Counted from the first letter of the stretch, positions 27,629 through 37,760 are shown. The stretch: 64,000 nucleotides of DNA from an uncultured Gammaproteobacteria bacterium (GCA_964635045.1 CAZWMJ010000003.1:12011-76010); one strand, 5' to 3'. Numbers and translations are program-made. The notes: generated by a model not told the origin, from the sequence alone.

Positions 27629-27869
27629 AGAGTTTTATCCTATAACATTTTTATGATATTTGCAGGATATGATAAAAAGGGGAGAGATTAAAAAACTTTC
27701 ACAAAAGAGATGACGTATAGTAATTATATTGAAGCGACAAAAAGAATTGATGATTTTATAGGTTGGCAGGCGTGAGTGTTAGGATAGAAATTTGAGTACT
27801 GAAATTGTTCAAAATTAGGCAAAATGACAATTATTAACTAAGTTGGTTAGAACTTATAGTAAAAATGAT

Positions 27870-28682
27870 ATGCTGGACAAAAAAAAATTGCTTGGAGTTG
27901 GTGTCACCGACGCCACCGGAGAACAAATCCTAGAGTATATCTTACAAAGTCTAAAAAAATCCGCCGAAAAGTACTACATTGTGACCCCCAACCCGGAGTT
28001 TTTAGTGTTTGCCGCCACCTCCCCGACCTTCAAACAAATTTTAAACGATGCACGATTAGCCCTCTGTGACGGGATAGGTGTATTTTGGGCCGGCAAGGTT
28101 TTGGGGAAAAACTTTAAAGAACGCACAACAGGAGTTGATTTGATGGAAAAGCTATGTTTGGCGGTTGCGGAAAAGCCTATAACGGTAGGATTTTTGGGAG
28201 GAGGGTCAAAAATAGCAGAGAGGACTGCCGAGTGCTTAAAACAGAAATATCCGGGTTTAAAGGTAGTTTTCGCAGGTGAAGAGTGGTCGAAAGACAAATT
28301 TGCTCAGGGTCCTGTCCCGCCTTTTCTTCCCGTCAGTGCTCGTTCTAGTGAAGCAAGCTTCAACGAACTGCGCGCTGTCGGGAGCCCTTCTAGGCGTGCC
28401 ACCCTTCGTTCTATCGATCTCCTCTTTGTCGCTTTCGGCTTTCCCAAGCAAGAGGAGTGGATTGTTGAAAATTTACCTCATTTACCGGTCAGAATAGCCA
28501 TGGGGGTGGGAGGAGCGTTTGATTATTTAAGCGGCGCCGTGCCCCGAGCCCCATTATTTATTCGCAAAATCGGCTTGGAGTGGCTGTTTCGTTTAATTAT
28601 CCAACCCTGTCGGCTCAAACGTCAACTGGCTCTTTTGCGGTTTGTTTTGCTGGTTTTGAAAGAGAAATTATCGAATAATTGA
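27870..28682 (+). CDS. WecB/TagA/CpsF family glycosyltransferase with an in-frame repeat insert
   Basis: IVTPNPE, DGIG, GFPKQE, GVGGAFD and GLEWLFRL motifs. Confidence 0.9.
   Translation: MLDKKKLLGVGVTDATGEQILEYILQSLKKSAEKYYIVTPNPEFLVFAATSPTFKQILNDARLALCDGIGVFWAGKVLGKNFKERTTGVDLMEKLCLAVAEKPITVGFLGGGSKIAERTAECLKQKYPGLKVVFAGEEWSKDKFAQGPVPPFLPVSARSSEASFNELRAVGSPSRRATLRSIDLLFVAFGFPKQEEWIVENLPHLPVRIAMGVGGAFDYLSGAVPRAPLFIRKIGLEWLFRLIIQPCRLKRQLALLRFVLLVLKEKLSNN
28307..28404. repeat. ~97-bp hairpin repeat, copy C (inside CDS)
   Basis: Same core, translated as GPVPPFLPVSARSSEASFNELRAVGSPSRRAT. Confidence 0.9.
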
Positions 28683-28698
28683 TGTTATAATATTATAT

Positions 28699-29874
28699 AT
28701 GAGAATTCTTTATCTTCAGACTTTTCCTTTGTACGGATCCGGTTCCGGCACTTACGCTCGGGAATTAGCATGCGAAGTTGCCAAAAAACATCAGGTGGCA
28801 ATGGTGGCTCCGGAAAACAGACAAATCCCCGGAGTTAAGATGTATAAAGTTGATTTACCTGTAAAAATAGCTTTTACCGGTCATCCCGAATGGCCGGATT
28901 GCAAGCTTTATACAAAAGTAGGCGGAAAAGAGCTGTCAGCGAATTATCTGTCTTACTTTCAAAGAACAATAGAGGCTGTTAATGACTTCCAGCCAAATAT
29001 TATCCATGTTCATCATCTGATGCCGCTAACTTGGATTGCCCGTTTTATAAAAATAGCCTATGGTCTTAATTTTATGGTAACGGTTCATGGATCTGAGCTA
29101 CCAACTCTGGAAAATGACAAACGATATCCTTATTTAACAGCAGAAGCATTGCACAAAGCCGTTCGTATTATTCCAAACAGTTTTTGGACACGCGATTGGA
29201 TGAAAAGGGTGCTGGGGGAAGGCTTTGAAAATCAAATAAGAGTCATTCCGGGAGGGGTGGATCTTTCACAATTTCCGGAAAAAATGGATACAACGGAAAT
29301 TGATAAAAAATACGGTTTGAAGGGAAAGAAAGTAATAATGTTCTCCGGTAAGTTAACAAAATATAAGGGTGTCCGCTATCTTATTCAAGCCGCCAAAAAT
29401 ATTGACGGCACGATTATTATTGTTGGCGATGGTCCGCAACGCCCGGAATTGGAAACTATCAAAAAAAATCTTAAAATATCAAACGTTCTTTTCTTAGGTT
29501 ACATTAATAACCACGCGTTGATCAAGCTTTATTATAGAGCGGATGTCTGCGTGGTGCCCAGTATTTGGGATGAACCGCTGGGATTAGTAGTTTTGGAAGC
29601 AATGGCAACCAAAACGGCGGTGGTGGTTACCAGAAAAGGGGGAATTCCTCTTATGGTAAAGGATGGGGTAAATGGTTTTTTTGTGAGGCCTAAAAATGCC
29701 AAAGAAATTGCTCTAAAAGTAAATACTTTGTTACAAAACGATACATTAAGACATAGGATAGGAGAGAAAGCTAGACAGACGATTTTGGAGCGGTTTACGT
29801 GGGAAAAGATTGCCTTGCGATTTACGAGAATGTATGAAGAATTTAGAAAAAAAGAAAAAATAGTTAGCACATAA
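28699..29874 (+). CDS. glycosyltransferase family 4
   Basis: TVHG, KG, and EPLGLVVLEAMA motifs. Confidence 0.92.
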   Translation: MRILYLQTFPLYGSGSGTYARELACEVAKKHQVAMVAPENRQIPGVKMYKVDLPVKIAFTGHPEWPDCKLYTKVGGKELSANYLSYFQRTIEAVNDFQPNIIHVHHLMPLTWIARFIKIAYGLNFMVTVHGSELPTLENDKRYPYLTAEALHKAVRIIPNSFWTRDWMKRVLGEGFENQIRVIPGGVDLSQFPEKMDTTEIDKKYGLKGKKVIMFSGKLTKYKGVRYLIQAAKNIDGTIIIVGDGPQRPELETIKKNLKISNVLFLGYINNHALIKLYYRADVCVVPSIWDEPLGLVVLEAMATKTAVVVTRKGGIPLMVKDGVNGFFVRPKNAKEIALKVNTLLQNDTLRHRIGEKARQTILERFTWEKIALRFTRMYEEFRKKEKIVST

Positions 29875-31028
29875 TGAGAATTGGATTACTGCTTCCATCA
29901 ATTTACATGTACGATAGGTTTGGGAAAAATCGTATTTTTGCACCGGGGGAGCTTGGAAGATCACTTGCGGACGGTTTAGTTAAAAAGGGGCATGAGGTTT
30001 ATTTCTACACAGCGCCAGGAGTGGAAACAGAAGCAAAGTTAATTGCCGGAGACGAAGAACTTTTATCGAAAGACCCTTTTTATTATCTTTTTCGAAATCG
30101 ATCAAAAGAAGAACAAGACTTTACAACAGCAGAAATTAGAAAAAGGGATTATGAATATACATTAACACTTAAGGCCTATCAAGATGCAACAAGAGGAAAA
30201 CTGGATATAGTTCACTCATATCACGATTTTGGGGCGCATTACTTTAATGAACTAACAGGTTTTCCAACCGTGTATACGCTGCACGATCCGCTTCCGCAGA
30301 CAACAGATACAATTGAATATCATCGTTTTTCCCAATTTAAAAATCATAATTATGTTTCAATTAGCAATTCGCAAAGAAGAGGATTAGTAGACCTCAATTT
30401 TGTCGAAACAGCATATCATGGATTAGAAATTAATAATTATATTTTTGGCGAGGGGAAAGGAGGATATCTTATTCACTTCGGCAGGATTTTGGAAGATAAG
30501 GGCGCCCATATTGCAATAGAAGTAGCAAAGCGAACAGGATTTCCTTTAAAAATCGCATCGAGTTCTATTAAGGCGAATATATCGGAATTATATTATAATC
30601 AAAAAATAAAACCGCAAGTTGATGGAAAAGTAATTTCCGAAGTAGGATTTCTCGAAGGGAAAGAAAAGTCGGATTACATTAATAATTCAAAAGCTTTTCT
30701 TTTCCCGATCAACTGGGAAGAGCCGTTTGGTTTGGTAATGATTGAGGCGATGGCTTGCGGCACACCGGTTGTTGCCTTTAACAGGGGCAGCGTTTCTGAA
30801 ATAGTGCGAGATGGTTTTACAGGGTTTGTTATAGACCCCGATAACGAAGACAGGCCGGGTATTGGTTCATGGGTTATTAAGAAGAGGGGAATAGAAGGTT
30901 TAATAGAAGCAGTTCAAAGAATTGGAGAAATAGATAGATCTGCTTGCCGCAAACACGTTTTGGAAAATTTTACCATCGAAAAGATGGTGGAAGGATACGA
31001 AAAAGTGTATCAGAAAGTTATAGATTAG
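29874..31028 (+). CDS. glycosyltransferase family 4
   Basis: GRILEDKG and WEEPFGLVMIEAMACGTPV motifs. Confidence 0.92.
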   Translation: MRIGLLLPSIYMYDRFGKNRIFAPGELGRSLADGLVKKGHEVYFYTAPGVETEAKLIAGDEELLSKDPFYYLFRNRSKEEQDFTTAEIRKRDYEYTLTLKAYQDATRGKLDIVHSYHDFGAHYFNELTGFPTVYTLHDPLPQTTDTIEYHRFSQFKNHNYVSISNSQRRGLVDLNFVETAYHGLEINNYIFGEGKGGYLIHFGRILEDKGAHIAIEVAKRTGFPLKIASSSIKANISELYYNQKIKPQVDGKVISEVGFLEGKEKSDYINNSKAFLFPINWEEPFGLVMIEAMACGTPVVAFNRGSVSEIVRDGFTGFVIDPDNEDRPGIGSWVIKKRGIEGLIEAVQRIGEIDRSACRKHVLENFTIEKMVEGYEKVYQKVID

Positions 31029-31078
31029 CCGCAGTTGCCGCTTGACAAAAGATGTATTAAGGTGTATATTCAAAATAT

Positions 31079-31327
31079 ATGTTAAGAACACAAGTAAATT
31101 TACGCGAAGATCAATATCAAATTTTGAGAATCCAAGCCAAAAAAGAAAATGAGTCTTTATCTGAAATCGTGAGGAAACTGATTGATTTGGGGGTTAAATC
31201 GCACAGGCAGGAAAACAACGCCTACATTCTTTTAGAAATGGTCAAAGAGGCCGGAAAAAGCGGGGAAAAACACCTAGCAACTACTTACAAAAGATTATTG
31301 TATGGTCAAACAAGTAGTAAAAAATGA
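31079..31327 (+). CDS. ribbon-helix-helix antitoxin (VapB-like)
   Basis: MLRTQVNL...SLSEIVRKLID, overlapping the PIN gene. Confidence 0.75.
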   Translation: MLRTQVNLREDQYQILRIQAKKENESLSEIVRKLIDLGVKSHRQENNAYILLEMVKEAGKSGEKHLATTYKRLLYGQTSSKK

Positions 31328-31713
31328 CTATTTTTATAGATTCCAGCGCCTTTATTTCCATTTGGGACAAAGATGATTCCAATCATCGGGCTGCCATTAA
31401 AATTTCCCAAGAACTGCAAGCAAAAAAAGCCACTATTTTAACTTCCAATATCGTAGTGGGAGAAGTGTTGACTGTTTTAAGCATGAAGCTTGGTATAACA
31501 ATAGCCAATGAATGCGGAGAATATTTGCAGCGATTAAATACCATTTTTGTGAATGAAAATCTTCACCAAAAAGCTTGGGAAGCCTTTCAAAAAAGAACCA
31601 GCAAGAATTTAAGTTTTTTTGACTATACCAGTTTTGTTATTATTAAAGAATTCAAAATTGATAAGGCGTTTAGTTTTGACAAAGATTTTAAAAAATTAGG
31701 AATTAGGCAATAA
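31324..31713 (+). CDS. PIN-domain toxin (VapC-like)
   Basis: IFIDSS, E, SFFDYTS and SFDKDF acidic motifs. Confidence 0.88.
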   Translation: MTIFIDSSAFISIWDKDDSNHRAAIKISQELQAKKATILTSNIVVGEVLTVLSMKLGITIANECGEYLQRLNTIFVNENLHQKAWEAFQKRTSKNLSFFDYTSFVIIKEFKIDKAFSFDKDFKKLGIRQ

Positions 31714-31740
31714 ATTTTCGATAAGAGCATCAATTTTTTT

Positions 31741-33180
31741 ATGGCAAACTTGCGGGTACTGATGACCGGTTATGAATCTGCGCCATACTATAAACGCGGG
31801 GGGTTGGGGGATGTGATGGAGTCTCTCCCAAAAGCGCTTGCGGGTATTGGTATTGACGCGAGAGTTGTTATTCCTTATTACGATGAGATAAGAAAGAAAT
31901 ATCATTTTGAGAAAGAGGGGGAATTTGTAGTTCGATTCTATAAAGAAACAGAACACATAGGGGTATATTCTTCGGTACTTCCCGCCACTAAGATCCCTTT
32001 TTATTTTTTACAAAACAGCAATTATTTGTCTTTAAGCAGAGCGAAAGATAAGACTAAACGGATGGGTCAGTTTGCATTTTTTGATCTGGCGATTGTTAAT
32101 TTTATCCACTATCTTTCAAAACATCACAAATGGACTCCATCTATAATTCATTGCAATGATTGGCATACGGCTTTAATTCCTCTTATCTTAAAGAAAATGA
32201 AGCTTGCGATTCCAACTCTTCTCACCATCCATAATCTTCTTTATCAGGGAATTGGATCTTTAAAAGTTTTGGATTTACTTGACATTAAGGATGAAGAGGC
32301 AAAAGAGCTGAAAAGAGGAGTTCCCGCAAATGAAATGAATGTTTTGGGAGAAGGAATTGTTCATGCGACTTACGTTTCAACTGTTTCTCCAACTTACGCC
32401 AAAGAAATTGCGCAGACAGAACACGACCATAATCCAATCTCACCATTTCTTCTTAAGAGAGAGCACGAAAGATTAGGAGGAGATGGAAAGATCATAGGAA
32501 TTCTTAACGGCATAGATTATGATATTTGGGATGCGGCCAAAGACGAGTTTATTTTTCATAAATTCGATGTTTCTAATTGGCAAGTTGGCAAGAAAGACAA
32601 CAAAGAAGATTTATTGAAAAGTTTGGGTTTACCGGATAAGCCGACTTTTTGTTTTGTGGGCAGAATGGCTATTCAGAAGGGTTTGGACGTTTTGATAAAA
32701 GCCATAGGAAGAATTTCACACCTTGATGCTAATCTGATAATTTTAGGCTCGGGTGATTCGAGAATTCAAGCCGGTATTTTACAAACAGCAGAAAAATTTC
32801 CCTGGGTCAAGCCGGAGTTTGTTTACAGCGAAGAACTGGCTCACAAGATTTACGCCGGATCGGATTTTATTCTTATTCCTTCTCACTACGAGCCTTGCGG
32901 ACTGATTCAGATGATTGCCATGCGTTATGGGACTCTGCCGATTGCTTCCAAAACCGGGGGACTGGCAGATACGATTGATGATGGGGAAAATGGTTTTCTT
33001 TTTAAGAACGGTTCATCACTCTCTTTAGTCAACACTATTCATAGGGCGATAAAAGTATATAATAGTTTAGAGAGACGTCAAAAGATGGCGGAGAGGGCTA
33101 TACGGACTGATTTTTCCTGGGACAAAAGCGCGCTCTTGTATAAAAAGCTGTATTTAGATATGTTAAAGAGTAGTCGATAG
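31741..33180 (+). CDS. glgA: glycogen synthase
   Basis: KRGGLGDV, HCNDWH, TIHNL, GILNGID and EPCGL motifs. Confidence 0.92.
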   Translation: MANLRVLMTGYESAPYYKRGGLGDVMESLPKALAGIGIDARVVIPYYDEIRKKYHFEKEGEFVVRFYKETEHIGVYSSVLPATKIPFYFLQNSNYLSLSRAKDKTKRMGQFAFFDLAIVNFIHYLSKHHKWTPSIIHCNDWHTALIPLILKKMKLAIPTLLTIHNLLYQGIGSLKVLDLLDIKDEEAKELKRGVPANEMNVLGEGIVHATYVSTVSPTYAKEIAQTEHDHNPISPFLLKREHERLGGDGKIIGILNGIDYDIWDAAKDEFIFHKFDVSNWQVGKKDNKEDLLKSLGLPDKPTFCFVGRMAIQKGLDVLIKAIGRISHLDANLIILGSGDSRIQAGILQTAEKFPWVKPEFVYSEELAHKIYAGSDFILIPSHYEPCGLIQMIAMRYGTLPIASKTGGLADTIDDGENGFLFKNGSSLSLVNTIHRAIKVYNSLERRQKMAERAIRTDFSWDKSALLYKKLYLDMLKSSR

Positions 33181-33183
33181 TTT

Positions 33184-34086
33184 ATGGCTGATTGGCAATT
33201 TTTACAAAATCCGCTTTCCAAAAAATGGGTGATTTTGGCGCCCCGACGTTCCAAGCGCCCCGACGTGGCCAAGGGAACTGAACCGGTTTGTCCGTTTTGT
33301 TTGGGCCGGGAAAAAAACGAGCAGGAGGTGTATCGTATTGGCGGAACAGTGGGTGAAGCAGACTGGCAAGTTCGCGTTTTGCCCAACAAATTTCCTTTTG
33401 CCCCGATTCATGAAATTGTTGTCCATTCCCCCGACCATCACAAAAACTTTGATGAGTTGCCGCTTGATCAAATTGAGCTTATTTTGCAAGCTTTCAGACA
33501 GCGCTATATCACTCATAAAGACAAAGGTCAGGTGTATATCTTTCATAATCGGGGAGAGGGAGGGGGAGAAAGTCTGCCTCATCCCCATACTCAGATTACA
33601 GTTATACCGCCTGAGGTCAGATTGGATATTCCCCGTTTAGATCCGTCATCATCAATTGGAGTGGGGCCGGGAAGCGAGGAGCAGATGCAGGTTGAAACAG
33701 CACATTTTTATCTTTTCTGTCCCAAAACCAGTCAATGGCCCGATGAAGTGTGGGTGGCCCCAAAGCTTCGGGGAAGAACATTTGATGAGATTACCGATCC
33801 GGAAATAGCGGATCTGGCTTTTGTACTTGCTCGTCTTGTGCAAATTATGGATCTTCGTCACGGCAGGGAATTTCCATTTAATTTTTATATTTATCCGGGA
33901 GGAGACTGGTACTTGAGACTGATTCCGCGAAGTAAATCTCTGGGCGGATTTGAGATTGGAACCGGTGTTTTTGTTAACACACAGGATCCAAAAGAAACAA
34001 TACTATTCATAAAAGAACATTTTGCGATTCCCAATGAGGAAAAAATAAGAAGCGAACATCAGGCGGAGTACGGGAAGGGGGTATAA
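33184..34086 (+). CDS. GalT-like (HIT superfamily) sugar-phosphate nucleotidylyltransferase
   Basis: RSKRP, CPFC, NKFP and SLPHPHTQ motifs. Confidence 0.85.
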   Translation: MADWQFLQNPLSKKWVILAPRRSKRPDVAKGTEPVCPFCLGREKNEQEVYRIGGTVGEADWQVRVLPNKFPFAPIHEIVVHSPDHHKNFDELPLDQIELILQAFRQRYITHKDKGQVYIFHNRGEGGGESLPHPHTQITVIPPEVRLDIPRLDPSSSIGVGPGSEEQMQVETAHFYLFCPKTSQWPDEVWVAPKLRGRTFDEITDPEIADLAFVLARLVQIMDLRHGREFPFNFYIYPGGDWYLRLIPRSKSLGGFEIGTGVFVNTQDPKETILFIKEHFAIPNEEKIRSEHQAEYGKGV

Positions 34087-34095
34087 GGACTTTTT

Positions 34096-34305
34096 TTATT
34101 CTTGCTTTTGCGGAATTCCCAACAACCAAAGGACGGCTTCTTTTTTGTAGCGGCGATCGCCGCGGGAGTTTATTCTTATCGCCGGAAGTTTGCCTCTTTT
34201 GCCCCAGCGTTTGATAGTCAGAGGCGAAACCCGCAGAACCTGAGCCACTTCTCGCACCGTTAGCAGATCTGGAAGATTAGAGATTGATATTGTTTGTTCG
34301 CTCAT
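34096..34305 (-). CDS. small MerR/excisionase-type HTH DNA-binding protein
   Basis: LLTVREVAQVLRVSPLTIKRWGKRGKL...GDRRY. Confidence 0.85.
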   Translation of the reverse strand: MSEQTISISNLPDLLTVREVAQVLRVSPLTIKRWGKRGKLPAIRINSRGDRRYKKEAVLWLLGIPQKQE

Positions 34306-34403
34306 AGCCTTGGGACTATAACTTTTATAATCGTTGTAATTGTTTTATGATTATAAAGTAACAGAGTATATCAGTATTTGTCAATACCCCAAAATGAGTA
34401 ATT

Positions 34404-35465
34404 TTAGGTTTTTCCGTATTGATAGACAGAAGCCGAGGCGTACATGCCTGCTCCAAAACCGACAAATAAGATGGTATCGCCGTTTCTTATTCTTCCTTCT
34501 TTAACAGCTCGTATCAAGGCCTTGGGAATAGAAGCGGAGGATAAATTACCTTGCTCAAGATCATAATATAGTTTTTCCGCAAGATTAGGCGGGAGATGGT
34601 GAGTTAAGGACTCAAGCATTGGTCCGCTGGCCTGATGGGGGATAATAATATCAATGCCGTCTGGCGGCAGTTTTGCCGCTTCTATGGTTTTTTCCATAAG
34701 CCGGGCAATTTCTGCCGCGCTTTTGATAACAGCTCTGCCGTTCATTCTGAATTTTCCTGTTAGAGATGGGGGAACCGGTACCACCATTGCCGGCTCAACA
34801 ACCTGGTCATCATCAAAGGGCATTTCTATAGCTTGTGATTGTGGCTCGGGAAAATGATAATTGAGTGAAGCCAAAGGTAAAAGACCGTCTTTGCCGACGA
34901 TAAAACTTACAGCCACCGCCCCATCGCCAAAAATTGCCTGGGAAAGGGAGGGATCTTGTTGTGCGCCCTGCGGATTTTTTAGATCAACCAGGGTGGGAGA
35001 GTATTTTTCCGAGGAAACTATCAGAACCCGCGCGCCGGCAAAAGCTTCCCGGTATTGATGCAAATGCGAAAGGACTTGAGTAAATCCGGAACAGGCGGCG
35101 TACACATCCAGGGCAATATCGGGATCAAGACCATAGACATGTTCAACTAAATAAGAAGCGTTGTGTTCTTCGGTGGGGTAGCTGGTAGTGAAAAAGACCG
35201 CATCTATTTTGCCACCCGTTCTTCTAACCAGCGGCTCTGCCGCAGCCACACCCATGGAAAGAACTGTTTCGTCGGCATCGGCTTGCGGCCGTTCTATGAC
35301 GCCCAGTTTATCAAAAAAATCTTGCGCTGTTAAAACTCTACCCCCGTTTGTGGCGATATTCCAAGAAGCCAATATATCATTTGTTAAGCGTCCTGTGGGC
35401 AGATATAAACCGCAAGACAAAAGAGGAGTTTCGCTATAAGGCGCGCGCTCAACTCTAATTGTCAT
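34404..35465 (-). CDS. 3-oxoacyl-ACP synthase III (FabH)-like protein
   Basis: AACSG, FGDGA, PHQAS, GNLSSASIP and GFGAG motifs. Confidence 0.85.
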   Translation of the reverse strand: MTIRVERAPYSETPLLSCGLYLPTGRLTNDILASWNIATNGGRVLTAQDFFDKLGVIERPQADADETVLSMGVAAAEPLVRRTGGKIDAVFFTTSYPTEEHNASYLVEHVYGLDPDIALDVYAACSGFTQVLSHLHQYREAFAGARVLIVSSEKYSPTLVDLKNPQGAQQDPSLSQAIFGDGAVAVSFIVGKDGLLPLASLNYHFPEPQSQAIEMPFDDDQVVEPAMVVPVPPSLTGKFRMNGRAVIKSAAEIARLMEKTIEAAKLPPDGIDIIIPHQASGPMLESLTHHLPPNLAEKLYYDLEQGNLSSASIPKALIRAVKEGRIRNGDTILFVGFGAGMYASASVYQYGKT

Positions 35466-35470
35466 ATTGT

Positions 35471-35869
35471 TTACTTCAATTCTACAGTCGCGCCTGCGGC
35501 CGTAAGTTTAGCTTTGGCCTCTTCCGCTGTTTTTTTGTTGACCGCGGTCATCACTTCTTTGGGCGCGGCGTCAACTAAATCCTTGGCCTCTTTAAGACCC
35601 AATGTTGGGACTAATTCTCGCAGAGCTTTAATAACGGCAATTTTGTTGGCTCCCGAACTTGCCACCACCACATTAAAGACCGTCTGTTCTTCTTTAGGTT
35701 CGTCCGCGTCAGACGCGGTTGCATTTCCAGCGTTTGCCGGCGCTGCGGCTGCCATTGCTTGGGCCGAAACTCCAAACTTTTCCTCCAAAGCTTTCACCAA
35801 CTCGGAAAGCTCCAAAACGGACATCTCCTCAACTGTTTTGATTAAATCATTTTTGCTAAGTTTAGACAT
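35471..35869 (-). CDS. rplL: 50S ribosomal protein L7/L12
   Basis: [29 protein letters not shown] and GATVELK. Confidence 0.98.
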   Translation of the reverse strand: MSKLSKNDLIKTVEEMSVLELSELVKALEEKFGVSAQAMAAAAPANAGNATASDADEPKEEQTVFNVVVASSGANKIAVIKALRELVPTLGLKEAKDLVDAAPKEVMTAVNKKTAEEAKAKLTAAGATVELK

Positions 35870-35927
35870 TTATAATCACCTCCATTCGTTATCAGCAACT
35901 AGCCATTAGCAACTAGCCCTCAGTTAT

Positions 35928-36473
35928 TTAACTGATGGCTGAAGGCTGATTACTAGATGCTTTCTTATTTTCAATTATCTTTAGCGTCATCACAAATTTC
36001 TGTAGATTCCAACTCAATGCTCTGTGCAAGCTATAAATGGGCGCTTTCAATCCGCCCACCAACTGAGCAAGCAAGACCTCGCGGGCGGGGAGAGCGGATA
36101 ATTTTAGCAGTTGATCAGCCGTTAGCGCTTGACCCTCCACAATGCCAAATTTAATAACAGGCAGTTTGAGAGTTTTTATTGTCTTGGCAAGCGCTTTTAG
36201 GGGAGCGATAATGTCATTGTAGGCGAACAATGTTGCCGTCGGCCCGTCTAGCGAACTTCCAATTTCCAATTTCCAATTTCCAATTTCCAATGCGCGTTTA
36301 AGTAGAGTATTCTTCGTTACAACGATCTCGGCATCAACAGCCTTGACCATCTTTTTAAGCTCCTCGAGCTGTTTATGAGTCAGGCCCTGATAATCGGCAA
36401 AAACCAAACTTTTGGCGCGGCCGACCTTATCTTTAAGTTTAGCAACAATATCAATTTTCTTCTGACTAGCCAT
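35928..36473 (-). CDS. rplJ: 50S ribosomal protein L10
   Basis: ADYQGL, KNTL and LPAREVLLAQL. Heptamer-derived insert EIGNWKLEIG. Confidence 0.96.
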   Translation of the reverse strand: MASQKKIDIVAKLKDKVGRAKSLVFADYQGLTHKQLEELKKMVKAVDAEIVVTKNTLLKRALEIGNWKLEIGSSLDGPTATLFAYNDIIAPLKALAKTIKTLKLPVIKFGIVEGQALTADQLLKLSALPAREVLLAQLVGGLKAPIYSLHRALSWNLQKFVMTLKIIENKKASSNQPSAIS

Positions 36474-36519
36474 AATAGTAAATTAAAAGTTAAAAGTTCA
36501 AAGTTAAAAATTAAAAAAA

Positions 36520-36594
36520 ACACTCCGAAGAGTGCGCAAAACTTGCTTCTCCTCGGTAGGCTTTATTCCTTTTGGGATCCTACTGTCTCAGGTT
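36520..36594 (-). promoter_or_regulatory. L10 leader (ribosomal protein autoregulatory RNA)
   Basis: Minus strand GAGACAGTAGG...AAAGCCTACCGAGG just upstream of rplJ matches the L10-leader core as recalled. Confidence 0.75.
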
Positions 36595-36645
36595 TGTCAC
36601 GTTTGACGTGATTTATTAAAGTTTACCACAGAGGGGAGAGAGCTG

Positions 36646-37008
36646 TCAAGAAGAATTTTTCAGAGAAAGCATATTGCCCATGTTAAGCTGACCTCGTATT
36701 TCATTTTGTCTTCTAAGAGCATCTCCGGGCTGTTCGCCCGTTGGAGGGCAAAGCGCCGCCAAAAGCGCATCAAGAGTTCCAATTGAAAGTCCTACTGTTA
36801 TTCTTCCTACAGAAAGAGCGGCTTTGTGTTGATTTGGACAATCTTCATCCGGTCCACGAAGACTGGCGCTTTTTCCGGGGACTAAAAATAATTCTAGAAA
36901 ATCAGTTAAACCAGTTTGGTCAATTTGTTTTAGTGCAGCGAGATGATGAGGCGTAACATATAGCATCCCTGGATTTTGTGATCTTGGGGCCTCTATTGCA
37001 GCCGACAT
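36646..37008 (-). CDS. hypothetical protein
   Basis: 120-aa orphan ORF with an AT-rich -10-like region just upstream. Confidence 0.5.
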   Translation of the reverse strand: MSAAIEAPRSQNPGMLYVTPHHLAALKQIDQTGLTDFLELFLVPGKSASLRGPDEDCPNQHKAALSVGRITVGLSIGTLDALLAALCPPTGEQPGDALRRQNEIRGQLNMGNMLSLKNSS

Positions 37009-37034
37009 AAATTATATTAAGTATATTATGGTAT

Positions 37035-37559
37035 TTATATTAAATCAAGATGTCGTTTTGGCCTCTGTCTAGCTTGAGGCTTGATTTTAACAGAGTAACC
37101 GTCTGTTAATAAATTTGTTGCAGTTTGTATATGGTTTGATGGATTCTTTTGTTGACTGTCTTCGGGGAAGCAAATCGCCAGAAAGACAGTGATCGCTCCT
37201 AAATCATACAAGGTGGATACAGCTTCTCCGCGGCCATCCGTTGCGACTATACAAGTAGGTTTATGCTTGGGATTTTTCAAGCCGGCGGGATAGACAATAG
37301 GGATAAATCTAACCTCTCTTGTATTAGTTACTGCGGAAGCAAAAGCTACTAATAGCCATTTATGAGTTGAAGCTTGTCGAGCTAATTCCGAATCGGGATT
37401 AAGACCTAATCTTTCTGCGACAGAATCTTTTTTTTCTAAGGTTGTTAGACCGGTTAGTCCTTTAAGAGTAATTTCAGACACAGTAAGAGATGCCGGTCTT
37501 GGCGAATCCGTATGAAACGGAGAACGTCTTATTTCATCAATTTCTCCTAAAGCAGTCAT
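37035..37559 (-). CDS. hypothetical protein
   Basis: 174-aa orphan ORF with TGGTATTAT-type element upstream. Confidence 0.5.
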   Translation of the reverse strand: MTALGEIDEIRRSPFHTDSPRPASLTVSEITLKGLTGLTTLEKKDSVAERLGLNPDSELARQASTHKWLLVAFASAVTNTREVRFIPIVYPAGLKNPKHKPTCIVATDGRGEAVSTLYDLGAITVFLAICFPEDSQQKNPSNHIQTATNLLTDGYSVKIKPQARQRPKRHLDLI

Positions 37560-37645
37560 AGTGACGGGAATAATACCACATATTGTGTCTGATTACAAAT
37601 AGAGTAAGGCTAGCTTAGAGAGGAAATGTCCAGCTTTATTCCCGG

Positions 37646-37753
37646 GGACCCCACACAATGCTTCCTTGCTCCCATGGTCCTACGTCCATGCGGGACGTCA
37701 AACGTCCCAGCCACGTTTGACTGTGGCGTCGCAAGAGCGCATATGCGGGGGCA
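37646..37753. repeat. composite nested palindrome downstream of rplA
   Basis: Outer CCCCACA..ATGC..CTTGC / GCAAG..GCAT..TGCGGGG enclosing GGGACGT-CAA-ACGTCCC and GCCAC..GTGGC. Confidence 0.55.
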
Positions 37754-37760
37754 AGCATGG

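Noticed and set aside
27630-27775. Possible IS integrase-core remnant (..NYIEATKRIDDFIG..)
   Set aside because: Too short and interrupted to support without a profile search
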